From a virus, in the IMG/VR virus record IMGVR_UViG_3300050026_000481, positions 1-64,000 of that record: 64,000 bases of DNA; one strand, 5' to 3'. The notes beneath the pieces were generated by a model. That model did no database searches. It was not told the origin of the DNA and was given only the letters and a program-made list of their open reading frames with translations. Position 1 is the first letter of the stretch, and every line of letters starts with the position of its first letter. This document shows positions 47,106-55,489 of this stretch, one piece after another. The translations under genes and the position numbers were made by a program.

Positions 47106-48874
47106 CTAAGAAGCCCAAGCGCACCACCGCACAGCTCGCCCGCCTACGGCAGTTTGAGCAAATGCAACGTGCCTTCAAGAGAGTACAGATACGAGTAAAT
47201 CAAGTTACCATCAACAAAGCGGTGAAGAAAGACAGGGGAAACATACGCGCAATCTTAAAAGGTCATAGCGACACCAACGCAATCAAAAAAGAATTAAACC
47301 ATTACTTCCGCACGACTTCCCCGCAAATCTGGCGCTCGGCGCTTAAGCAGGTTTGGCTGGACGCCGGTGCTGCTTCGATTGAGCTGCATCATGCTTTTTT
47401 CACTGGCTCGACGGAGAAGAGTTACATCGATGAACTAGACGCCGAGCCCGAAGACGAATGGGCCCCACTTCCTGCATTTGATTTCTTTGTTAAGGCCGCA
47501 GACCCAACGGATAGCTGGGCTAATTCAGTTGATGATTACCTTCGCGGGAATGGAGCCGGACGGGCTGACGGGATTAGTTCCACAACCGGAGACCAGGTAA
47601 TGAATTCAATAGCCGACGGCGTAGCCGCCAAGGAAGGAACCGCCGATATTGCCGCGCGGGTTGAAGACCAGTTAGATACAACGTGGCCCGGAAGAGCCGA
47701 GACGATTGCGCGTACGGAGACGGCGGCGGCAACAAATCAGGCTTCTTTAGAAGATGCGCAGGCCACAGTACCCGGTTTAAATAAAACGTGGCTATGTAGT
47801 TTTGTTAATTCACGTGAAGCGCATATGGATGCCGACGGCCAGAGTGTGGCCCAGGATGACCCCTTTGACGTGGACGGAGAGGATTTAGACTACCCCGCCG
47901 ACCCCAGCGGCAGCCCCGAGAATGTGATTAATTGTATGTGCTCTATTGGCTACGAGCCGCCGGAAGACGCCACCGCAGCCGAAGAAGGCGAAGCACCCGA
48001 ACTCACCGACGAGCAGACGTCTCAACTTGCTGACTTATACGACCAGTTAGCGAGTGGCGAAGGTGAGTTGAGTAGTGAGGAAGCGCAGGCGATGGTTGGG
48101 GGGGTTGAGGATATTGTTGGCCCTGCTGAAGGCGGCGAGGCGGCGGCCGGGGGTGGGGTGGAATTTCCAGCCGGCGGCTTTGATTCTGTACAGGCCGCGA
48201 ATGACTACTTAACGCAAAATGATATAATCTCTGCCGGAGGCATCCCCGAAAGTTATGAGCCAAGCGTCGCGAGCGATATTACAAAAGGGCTCAACAATAT
48301 TTATTCTGACGATAGATTCTCCGATATAAAACCGCTTGAGGATATCAAGGAGACGAAGGGACTTGAAAGCTGGGGGTACGCGGCACAAATGCAACGCGGT
48401 ACTAAAATTGAAACCGAAGTGGAGATGGCCGACGGTAGGACAGCAATTCAAAACAGTTATACATCGTTCCTTAACTTACCGACCCACTCAGGTACTGCGG
48501 AAGAATGGACAGGGTATTCTGAATGGTCAAAAGAGACAATCGCTGATACCGGAGCACCGCGTTTAGTCCTCGGCTGGTTGCCGGACGACCAAGCAGCAGA
48601 GGCAGCAGCCGAACACGAAATGGGCCACGCCGCGTTCTTTGGATTTGCGCAGCCTGGTAACTCGGCTTCGTTCTCAAGGGAGTTTGTCTATAACCAAAGT
48701 GTGTGGACCAACGCGTGGACGGCTAATAAAGAAGCGTTAGCTGGTCTGAGTGAGTATGCGGCAAAAGACCCGGCGGAAGGTTTTTCTGAAGTCTTTGAGG
48801 CATATCAACATCCCGAACTATGGGATAAGATACCTGGGCCTCTCTTGGATATTGTGAAAGGGTGGTATAGTTAA
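47102..48874 (+). CDS. Head morphogenesis (MuF/SPP1 gp7-like) protein with C-terminal zincin metallopeptidase-like domain
   Basis: RAETIARTET...KTW...SREAH..ADGQ..F.VDGE.L.YP.DPSG.PENVINCMC; C-terminal HEMGH and SEYA...EGFSEVF. Confidence 0.85.
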   Translation: MTKKPKRTTAQLARLRQFEQMQRAFKRVQIRVNQVTINKAVKKDRGNIRAILKGHSDTNAIKKELNHYFRTTSPQIWRSALKQVWLDAGAASIELHHAFFTGSTEKSYIDELDAEPEDEWAPLPAFDFFVKAADPTDSWANSVDDYLRGNGAGRADGISSTTGDQVMNSIADGVAAKEGTADIAARVEDQLDTTWPGRAETIARTETAAATNQASLEDAQATVPGLNKTWLCSFVNSREAHMDADGQSVAQDDPFDVDGEDLDYPADPSGSPENVINCMCSIGYEPPEDATAAEEGEAPELTDEQTSQLADLYDQLASGEGELSSEEAQAMVGGVEDIVGPAEGGEAAAGGGVEFPAGGFDSVQAANDYLTQNDIISAGGIPESYEPSVASDITKGLNNIYSDDRFSDIKPLEDIKETKGLESWGYAAQMQRGTKIETEVEMADGRTAIQNSYTSFLNLPTHSGTAEEWTGYSEWSKETIADTGAPRLVLGWLPDDQAAEAAAEHEMGHAAFFGFAQPGNSASFSREFVYNQSVWTNAWTANKEALAGLSEYAAKDPAEGFSEVFEAYQHPELWDKIPGPLLDIVKGWYS

Positions 48875-49042
48875 ATGCAACCAATGTGTATCTGTTTGGA
48901 TTGTGTGCATCTCGTTTCGATGGATTCAAAAATTTGCGCAGCGTATCCGTATGGAATACCCGATGAGATATGGGGTGCTAAGGTTCAGCACTTCACACCA
49001 TACAAGGGGGACCACGGCATCGTATTTAAGCCGAAATTGTGA
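48875..49042 (+). CDS. 55-aa Cys/His protein of the type often found after MuF genes
   Basis: CLDCVH...CAAYPYGIPDEIW....H..PYKGDHGIVF; ATG directly after the MuF stop. Confidence 0.7.
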   Translation: MQPMCICLDCVHLVSMDSKICAAYPYGIPDEIWGAKVQHFTPYKGDHGIVFKPKL

Positions 49043-49351
49043 GGGGATATGTCAGAAGAAAGATTAAGAAGTGAAAACGAATCGCTCAGACGAAAGTGCG
49101 GCCAGCTAATAAAACTGTTGACTATCGCGCGAAATGAGTATAACTTCTTAGATTACGAGCCTGCTGATTATTCTAACTTGTCAGAAAAAGGAGGGACCTA
49201 TGAAAGACAACCTATGCGAAGCAATGCTACGCCCCTGCGACGCCCTCCGCGGCGGCAGTGAGTGTCAGATGTGCCAAATAACCTACCTAGTAAAAGAGCT
49301 GAGAAAGATAAAGGATGAGATTAAACTACTGAACATTCGCTTAATGAAATA

Positions 49352-49858
49352 ATGAAACAAACTTTCGAGCCGAAGCTTACTAAATTATTATCTGGATTCT
49401 TCGCGGCCACCGAGCAGCACGCCCGCGTAATCAGATTGAAGCAGCCGCAGCCATTTGGGTCATACCAGGACTGTGACATCCTTGTCCTCTCAGCACTTGC
49501 GCAGTACCGCCTCGCCATCGAGTGCAAATCCGTCCTAGAACCCGCGCAATCACAAATCTATTTCTCCTCTCATTTCACTATTGATAAAAAAGGCACCCAC
49601 CAAATAACCCGCATGACTGACTTCTGCTCGGAGAGCGGAATGCGGGGAATCCTCGCGGTTGAGCTCCGAAGCGGCAAGAAATGGTCGCCAAGTGAAGTAC
49701 ACTTTGTGCCGTGGCGCATCGTCCGCCGGTTATACGTTGAAGGCGAGAAAGGATTATCCTATGAAGAGGTTAGGGTCTGGCCTACTTTTTGCAAAGTGAA
49801 AGGCGTACCAAACCTTGACGACTGTTTATCCGGACTTCAGTATAGTATAGACGAGTAG
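49352..49858 (+). CDS. Holliday-junction-resolvase-like PD-(D/E)XK nuclease (archaeal type)
   Basis: FE..L...F...RLKQ...Q.CDILV...AIECKS...YF..HF...Q..R...F...SG..G.LAVELR.G; resembles, from memory, a family in methanogenic archaea. Confidence 0.65.
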   Translation: MKQTFEPKLTKLLSGFFAATEQHARVIRLKQPQPFGSYQDCDILVLSALAQYRLAIECKSVLEPAQSQIYFSSHFTIDKKGTHQITRMTDFCSESGMRGILAVELRSGKKWSPSEVHFVPWRIVRRLYVEGEKGLSYEEVRVWPTFCKVKGVPNLDDCLSGLQYSIDE

Positions 49859-49873
49859 CTTTTTTAATGGCGA

Positions 49874-49887
49874 TTAACCAGTGTCAA
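49874..49887 (+). promoter_or_regulatory. Recurrent 14-bp site TTAACCAGTGTCAA
   Basis: Exact copy; about 30 nt upstream of TTTAAGTA box at 49917. Confidence 0.6.
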
Positions 49888-50048
49888 CCAGCAGTAGCTA
49901 TCATAACTTAACAACCTTTAAGTATCATAAGCGTGTATAGGTGTGGTGTAAGTAAGCAACAGCACAAAAAATGCGTCGAAAGACGGAGCACATAAAATGT
50001 TGCTAAACTACGCTAGATAAACAAAAATTAGGAAAAGGTGAAAACAAA

Positions 50049-50330
50049 ATGACTTCGCCAAGGTTTAGGGACGTAAAAGACAAAGACGATATGGAACGCG
50101 TCAGAGACGACTTTATGACGCAGGGATACACAGTAAAGGAAGAAGGCCAAACGACACTCTTGATGAAGAAAAAATCATGGGGTTCGGCAGCCGGTTGGAT
50201 TGTAACCCTAATAGTTGCACTAGTCCTCGCGGTCTTTACCGTGGGATTTAGTTTTATAATCCCGCTGGCATATGCGATTTACGCGCATTACACAGCCCCA
50301 GAAGTATTGGTCAGAATGGTAGCGGCGTAG
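50049..50330 (+). CDS. Small membrane protein of an archaeal-type family
   Basis: PRFR.V....MERV.DDF.TQGY.VK.EG....LMKKKSWGS then two TM segments. Confidence 0.6.
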   Translation: MTSPRFRDVKDKDDMERVRDDFMTQGYTVKEEGQTTLLMKKKSWGSAAGWIVTLIVALVLAVFTVGFSFIIPLAYAIYAHYTAPEVLVRMVAA

Positions 50331-50332
50331 GT

Positions 50333-50360
50333 AGAGGTTGAATCAACCTCTTTTTTCTTT
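50333..50360 (+). terminator. Hairpin plus T tract
   Basis: AGAGGTTG-aat-CAACCTCT then TTTTTCTTT. Confidence 0.6.
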
Positions 50361-50526
50361 ATTACAAAAGGTGAACCATAATGAAACAAGGATTGAAGAA
50401 AGTGAAAGAATACGTACGGGACGTTGCCGCGCTTATACTACTCACGGCGGCATCTGTATTCCTGACACTAGCACGCGTACCTACAGACACAATAACAGAC
50501 AAAACAAACCGCGAGAGGATTTTCTA

Positions 50527-50661
50527 ATGAAGAAGCATATCGCTGTTCCAGCCGAAGCGCACGAGTGGCTAAAGCTGCAAGCAAAAGAATTAGGAACGAC
50601 TATTGGAGAGGTCGTGCTTGATGTGGTGAGAGCCATAGACGACTACGACTTTAGCGGGTAA
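50527..50661 (+). CDS. Ribbon-helix-helix protein
   Basis: KHIAVPAEAHEWLKLQAKELGTTIGEVV. Confidence 0.6.
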   Translation: MKKHIAVPAEAHEWLKLQAKELGTTIGEVVLDVVRAIDDYDFSG

Positions 50662-50666
50662 GAAAG

Positions 50667-50918
50667 ATGAATGAAGGGTCCTTTGACCACCAAGTGGACT
50701 GTGACTCGTGTGAGCGCTTGACTGAAGAAGAAGCCCGAGAACAACTGTGCGGCAACTGCAGTGTGGAAGAGGAGCGCAACGCTGCACGCCTGACGAGAGA
50801 CTACTACCTTCGGAAGGTCGCCTCGCTTGAGGTAAGCATCAAAGAACTGAATCGAACCGTCGAGTTCCTAAAGCGCGAAGTGGCGCGGAAGAGCGAACAG
50901 GTTGAATTCTTAAAATGA
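50667..50918 (+). CDS. Zn-finger plus coiled-coil protein
   Basis: CDSC...CGNC then heptads. Confidence 0.45.
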   Translation: MNEGSFDHQVDCDSCERLTEEEAREQLCGNCSVEEERNAARLTRDYYLRKVASLEVSIKELNRTVEFLKREVARKSEQVEFLK

Positions 50919-51431
50919 GGTGGGGTGTATGAGCATACCAAACGAAATACGGCAAGCGGTCGAAGACCTAGGGGCATACGTATATCACGCGGTTGAAATA
51001 GCGCCAGGGTACTTTAATGTTGAGACAACAACGGGAATGCGCGCGGCTAAACTCGTGAATGGAAATGTGGAGGTTTACTAATGGTAGTCGATTTATCCGA
51101 TTTCAAAATCTGCCAGCTAATCGCCATCCAGAAAGATATACTCGCGCGCCTGCACGAGGCTGACGACAAGGACTTCGCGCTGGCAGAAGTCGCGCGGGTG
51201 GACCGTGAGTTAGAGAGAAGGTATATGCAGAACTGAGGTAGACAATGACCAAGAAGTTTTACGAAGAGGAACTGGGGGAAGAAACTATAGAAGAAATACG
51301 TAAGATGTCAATTCTTAATTTAAGCGCGCTTTACCACGATTTAAAGAAGAATTATACGTCCCGCAACCAACTACTAATGTATGCTATAGAGGATGAGTTT
51401 CAACGCTTATCTGAGTGGTGAGGTTTGAACA

Positions 51432-51617
51432 ATGACAGAAGAAGAAAAATACTTATTAACTGTAGCCGAAGTTTCCGTGATTTTACAGGTAAGCAAAGCG
51501 CAGGTGTACCGGATGATAAAAAGCGGTAAACTGCCGTATATTAAAATCGGCGAGAGAGGATACAGAATCCAGCGGGAGCCGTTCTTTAGGTGGTTGGCCG
51601 GTGGGATGATTCCATGA
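51432..51617 (+). CDS. Excisionase-like MerR/HTH_17 DNA-binding protein
   Basis: LLTVAEVSVILQVSKAQVYRMIKSGKLPYIKIG..YRI. Confidence 0.85.
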   Translation: MTEEEKYLLTVAEVSVILQVSKAQVYRMIKSGKLPYIKIGERGYRIQREPFFRWLAGGMIP

Positions 51618-52045
51618 GCGTTACCGACACGTGCTGTTTAATAGCGGCATTTATACTCGTGCTGCCGTTCGCAGTTATTTGGCTGCTGGCAGCAGGGGTC
51701 GAGTGGTCGGCGGCAAAGGCAGGATTTGAGGTGGCACACGGATGGAACTAGAATATTGCCACATGCGCGAAATCATCAACGGCGCGACTGCGTGCGGTGA
51801 GTCATGCGCGTGGCAGCCGTTCTGTGTAACGATACGCGCTTTAGAAGAAAGGATATCGCGGCTAGAGGAACATCAGAGGGAGTGCAAGAGATGACGCCAA
51901 AAGCAAAACAATCTCAACGCGACAGCCTGCGCGACAAAGCGGCTAAAGTAGACCGTTATCTGATGGATGGCTATTCTGCGCATGATGCTGAGTTAATGGC
52001 AGAAGCAGAAATGGAGCTAGAATCCGGCGGAAAACTGGATACTAA

Positions 52046-52372
52046 ATGACTACAGACAGCCGCAGGGAAAAACTCGCGTTAGCAGTATTTACTAGGAACG
52101 CTAAATGGCCGAAGGTTAGAAAGTTATTCTTAAAGTTGAACGCTAGATGTGCAGTATGCGGCGGCAGGAAACGATTAGAAGCGCATCATGTGAAACCTTT
52201 CCAGTGGTATCCGGAACTAGAATTAGATGAATCCAATCTGATTACCCTCTGCGCTGCGCATCACCTTTTATTGGGTCACCTGGGACACTGGACAAGTTAT
52301 AATGAGAGAATTGTCGAGGACGCGGCCGCGTGGGCAGAAAAGATAAGGGAAAGGCCGAAATGGCGGCAGTGA
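52046..52372 (+). CDS. Short HNH protein (HK97 gp74-like packaging-associated type)
   Basis: KWPKVRK.FL....CAVCG...LEAHHVKPF..YPELELD.SNLITLC..HH. Confidence 0.8.
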   Translation: MTTDSRREKLALAVFTRNAKWPKVRKLFLKLNARCAVCGGRKRLEAHHVKPFQWYPELELDESNLITLCAAHHLLLGHLGHWTSYNERIVEDAAAWAEKIRERPKWRQ

Positions 52373-52537
52373 AGGGATTAAGATGGACGAAGTCAAATTA
52401 GAAAATTTAATGTCAAGTCTCACCGAAGACCTACTAACTGAAATGAGCCACAAACTGAATGCTCATGAGGTTTCAATGGGTGAGATGCTGCAGGTGTTTC
52501 AGATGCTGATGGCGTACGTTACACCGATGGTGAAGAA

Positions 52538-52759
52538 ATGACCGAAAAAGAGTTATTAAAGCCACTACGTAAACAGGCGCAAGAAGAAACGGGTATTAGA
52601 AAGGTAATCTACAATGAAATGCTGCGGCAAATAAATGAGAAGTTTCCAACGGGAGAATTCACGCGAGAAGAACTGCTCTGTGAGTTGGATAGACAAGGAA
52701 GAGAAGCAAAGAAAAATCTAGAAGAAGACAAAGCGCGGGGGTTGAAAAATGGAATGTAG
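52538..52759 (+). CDS. Hypothetical protein
   Basis: ORF track; GGTGA RBS. Confidence 0.4.
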   Translation: MTEKELLKPLRKQAQEETGIRKVIYNEMLRQINEKFPTGEFTREELLCELDRQGREAKKNLEEDKARGLKNGM

Positions 52760-53278
52760 TGCGTGTGGGAAGAAGATAGGAAGTAGGGAAGTACACTACT
52801 CAGGTATACGAGAAAACGTGCCGTTTCGGGTGCATCCTGCCTGCTATAGTAGATGGTGTAAGCGGCAGGCGGAAGGTAAAAAAACCACTGGTTAATCGTC
52901 GATAAAACCCCGGACCTTCAAGGTGTTTACGAAGTTTCGTGATGGTTCTTTTATACTAGAAATAGCATCATCATCATCGTAGGCTGTTTCATTGGCCTAT
53001 CTAAAGGCGAAACTCCGGTATTATACAATAGAAAAAACCGCTGAAAAATGCAAACTTTTCAAAATTGCTAATGCAGGGGTTACTTGACTACAAACCGATG
53101 AAATAATCGGTGAGGGTAAAGAAATGAAAAAAGTAAAGGGGCCAAACCCCACTAGAGACAAGTTTGGTATTTTAATACCAAACGCCGAACAGCTAGAAGA
53201 GTTGAATGAAGCATGCGCTTTAAGCAAAATGCAGAAACTACACGAAGTCGCTAGTAATAGCAGGAACAGATAAAGGGT

Positions 53279-53431
53279 TCAGTCCACAGTTATTTTCCAG
53301 TATGTGAGTAGTTCCTCATAAGGCGTAAACTCAATAACTACTGTTGGGTTTTCCTTCGGGCCGGTTTCATGCCAACGGGCTAACGGCACAAACTCACTTG
53401 GTTCGCCTTTGTTCGTATCTTGTGTGACCAT
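53279..53431 (-). CDS. 50-aa peptide co-transcribed with the Ntn hydrolase
   Basis: MVTQDTNKGEPSEFVPLARWHETGPKENPTVVIEFTPYEELLTYWKITVD; GAGGTG RBS immediately after the upstream stop. Confidence 0.55.
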   Translation of the reverse strand: MVTQDTNKGEPSEFVPLARWHETGPKENPTVVIEFTPYEELLTYWKITVD

Positions 53432-53442
53432 ACCAACACCTC

Positions 53443-54213
53443 TTATGCAGCTTCACATGTTAAAGTTTTTCGTTTGATGATATCTAAGCCTTTCTCCGGT
53501 GTGATAATGCAAACGTCAATCTCACCACCACACCCGCGTTCACCTACGGCAAAGCTTTGGGCTTTAATCGTCGTTTCGATGAGAAATGTCGCTAAATCGA
53601 TTGAATCCTGTAGTGTCAGATTTTGGTAAGGGATGAAAAACGCCAGTTGGACTTGTTCAAGAAGGTCATTTTTTACATGATTATCTAAGGAATTTATTGC
53701 CCCTTCAAGAGCGTTACTATAGCCTTTTAACAAGCGATACGTCACTTCTTTCTGTCCTGCGAATGTAAGGGTAAACACTCCTTCTCCCTGTTCGATTGGC
53801 TTAGAGTTTGAAGGAATATCGAATGAATAGACTTTACCGTAAGGGTCAGCCTTATCAAATCCTGCTACAATGAATGAAATTGGTTCAACTCGCTCTTCTG
53901 GTTTTGCAGCATTCCACTTCTCGGCAAAAAAAGCTGAAAGCTTCTCAGAAAACCCAAGTACCGATAATCTCTCCTTTTTTAGGTATTTATCTAATTCTGG
54001 AAGATATGAATGAATTGGCTTTGGGCCTATGGCAGCAAGGCCACACGTTACCGCCCCAACATAGTTATGACGCTTAAACGAAAGCACTTTAGGAGTACTG
54101 TCGTAACTTCCAACATAGGTTCTCTCTTTCTTATCTTGAAACTTTACGGTCTTCCTACTTTCAGCGGCCAAAACCAAGCCTTCGGGTACTTTTACCACGA
54201 AAACCAACGACAT
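53443..54213 (-). CDS. Proteasome-beta-like Ntn hydrolase (N-terminal Ser)
   Basis: MSLVFVVKVPEGLVLAAESR...KV...GAVT.G...FIVAGFD...LQDSIDLA.FLI.TTI...GCGG.IDVCIIT; TATA box about 30 nt upstream of ATG 54213. Confidence 0.75.
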   Translation of the reverse strand: MSLVFVVKVPEGLVLAAESRKTVKFQDKKERTYVGSYDSTPKVLSFKRHNYVGAVTCGLAAIGPKPIHSYLPELDKYLKKERLSVLGFSEKLSAFFAEKWNAAKPEERVEPISFIVAGFDKADPYGKVYSFDIPSNSKPIEQGEGVFTLTFAGQKEVTYRLLKGYSNALEGAINSLDNHVKNDLLEQVQLAFFIPYQNLTLQDSIDLATFLIETTIKAQSFAVGERGCGGEIDVCIITPEKGLDIIKRKTLTCEAA

Positions 54214-54745
54214 AGAGTAGCTATGTGTGACAATGAGCGTTATATACACTTCGTTTTGACTCTTGTTTTAGAAACGATTAAGAGTAACTACGCTAAATCG
54301 TTTGGCGGGAGCCAGTAACCTTCTAGTTAATGGGGGTATCTTGTAGTATCTCTCCCCCTCGCCTACTAGGGGGTCTGTGCTCCCACAGCTTTTGATTCTA
54401 ATAAGTGTTGCAAAATGATATATAACATATGTTATATTTGTAGCAAATCTTGGCCAACCGATTCAGCAACCGCATTTTTAACAGCTCTGTTTAAAAAGTC
54501 TGAATTGTGTTTGAAAAGTCGGGTGGTTTTGGGAGTTATTAAACAAAGCCGCAAAAACCATTGGGTATATGTATCTTCACCCCGACGGTTCAAACAAGCA
54601 AAGGGTTATGGTTACTCCGTTCGGGAAATATAACCTTAAACCTGAAGAGTATGACATGAAAGTGCTTGCAAAACACGGGATTGTTTGGTGGGGTATAAAT
54701 TCGTCACTGCATTTACTAGGTGCGGATGGAAACAACGTGTTCTAA

Positions 54746-54775
54746 GTAGGGGCGTATCCCCCACTTTTTTTTATT
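54746..54775 (+). terminator. Hairpin plus T tract
   Basis: AGTAGGGG-cgtat-CCCC(C)ACT then a T run. Confidence 0.45.
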
Positions 54776-54787
54776 TTTGGATAAACA

Positions 54788-55420
54788 ATGAAACCGTTTC
54801 CAAATAAGAAATACAATATAATTTATGCCGACCCGCCGTGGAACTATCAAGACCAGAGCTGCGGTGGTGGTTTACATGAACGCGTAAAACCGCCGATAAA
54901 GGAGGCATATATCAAAGAACAGTATGCTACTATGGATATAGAAGACATCTGCGCGTTGGAGGTTCAGGACATTTCTGATAAAGATTGTGTATTATTCTTA
55001 TGGGCAACGTACCCCATGCTGCCGGAGGCATTACAAGTTATCGATGCGTGGGGATTCGCATACAAATCAATAGCGTTCCAATGGATTAAAATGAACAAAA
55101 AAGACGGGCAACCATTCTACGGCCTTGGACGATGGACGCGCGGAAATACAGAACCGTGTCTTTTAGCCACGAAGGGGAAACCAAAGCGGGATTCTAATAG
55201 TGTGTTCCAGCTAATACTTGAAGCACCCATAACAGGGCATAGCGCAAAGCCGCACGCAGCGCGCGAAAAGATATTACAATTAATGGGTGATTTACCTCGC
55301 ATCGAACTCTTTGCACGTAATAGAGTTCCAGGATGGGACGCATGGGGTGATGACGTGAGATTAGAAACACAACAGTCCTTACTAGGGGGGTCCGGTGAAT
55401 ATACACTGGTTAATTACTGA
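54788..55420 (+). CDS. MT-A70 family N6-adenine methyltransferase
   Basis: IIYADPPW; Y.TM; LFLWAT; WGF.YK; G.G.WTRGNTE; HS.KP; RIELFAR..GWD.WG. Confidence 0.92.
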   Translation: MKPFPNKKYNIIYADPPWNYQDQSCGGGLHERVKPPIKEAYIKEQYATMDIEDICALEVQDISDKDCVLFLWATYPMLPEALQVIDAWGFAYKSIAFQWIKMNKKDGQPFYGLGRWTRGNTEPCLLATKGKPKRDSNSVFQLILEAPITGHSAKPHAAREKILQLMGDLPRIELFARNRVPGWDAWGDDVRLETQQSLLGGSGEYTLVNY

Positions 55421-55489
55421 AAATTTCTAGTTTTTTTGCTACAAGTTCATCGTTACTTATTATAATATTCTCGCCGCTAGTTAATAGCG

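Noticed and set aside
54250-54745. ORFs 54010..54318 and 54415..54633
   Set aside because: No motifs or clear RBS, and one overlaps the Ntn hydrolase antisense; left uncalled.
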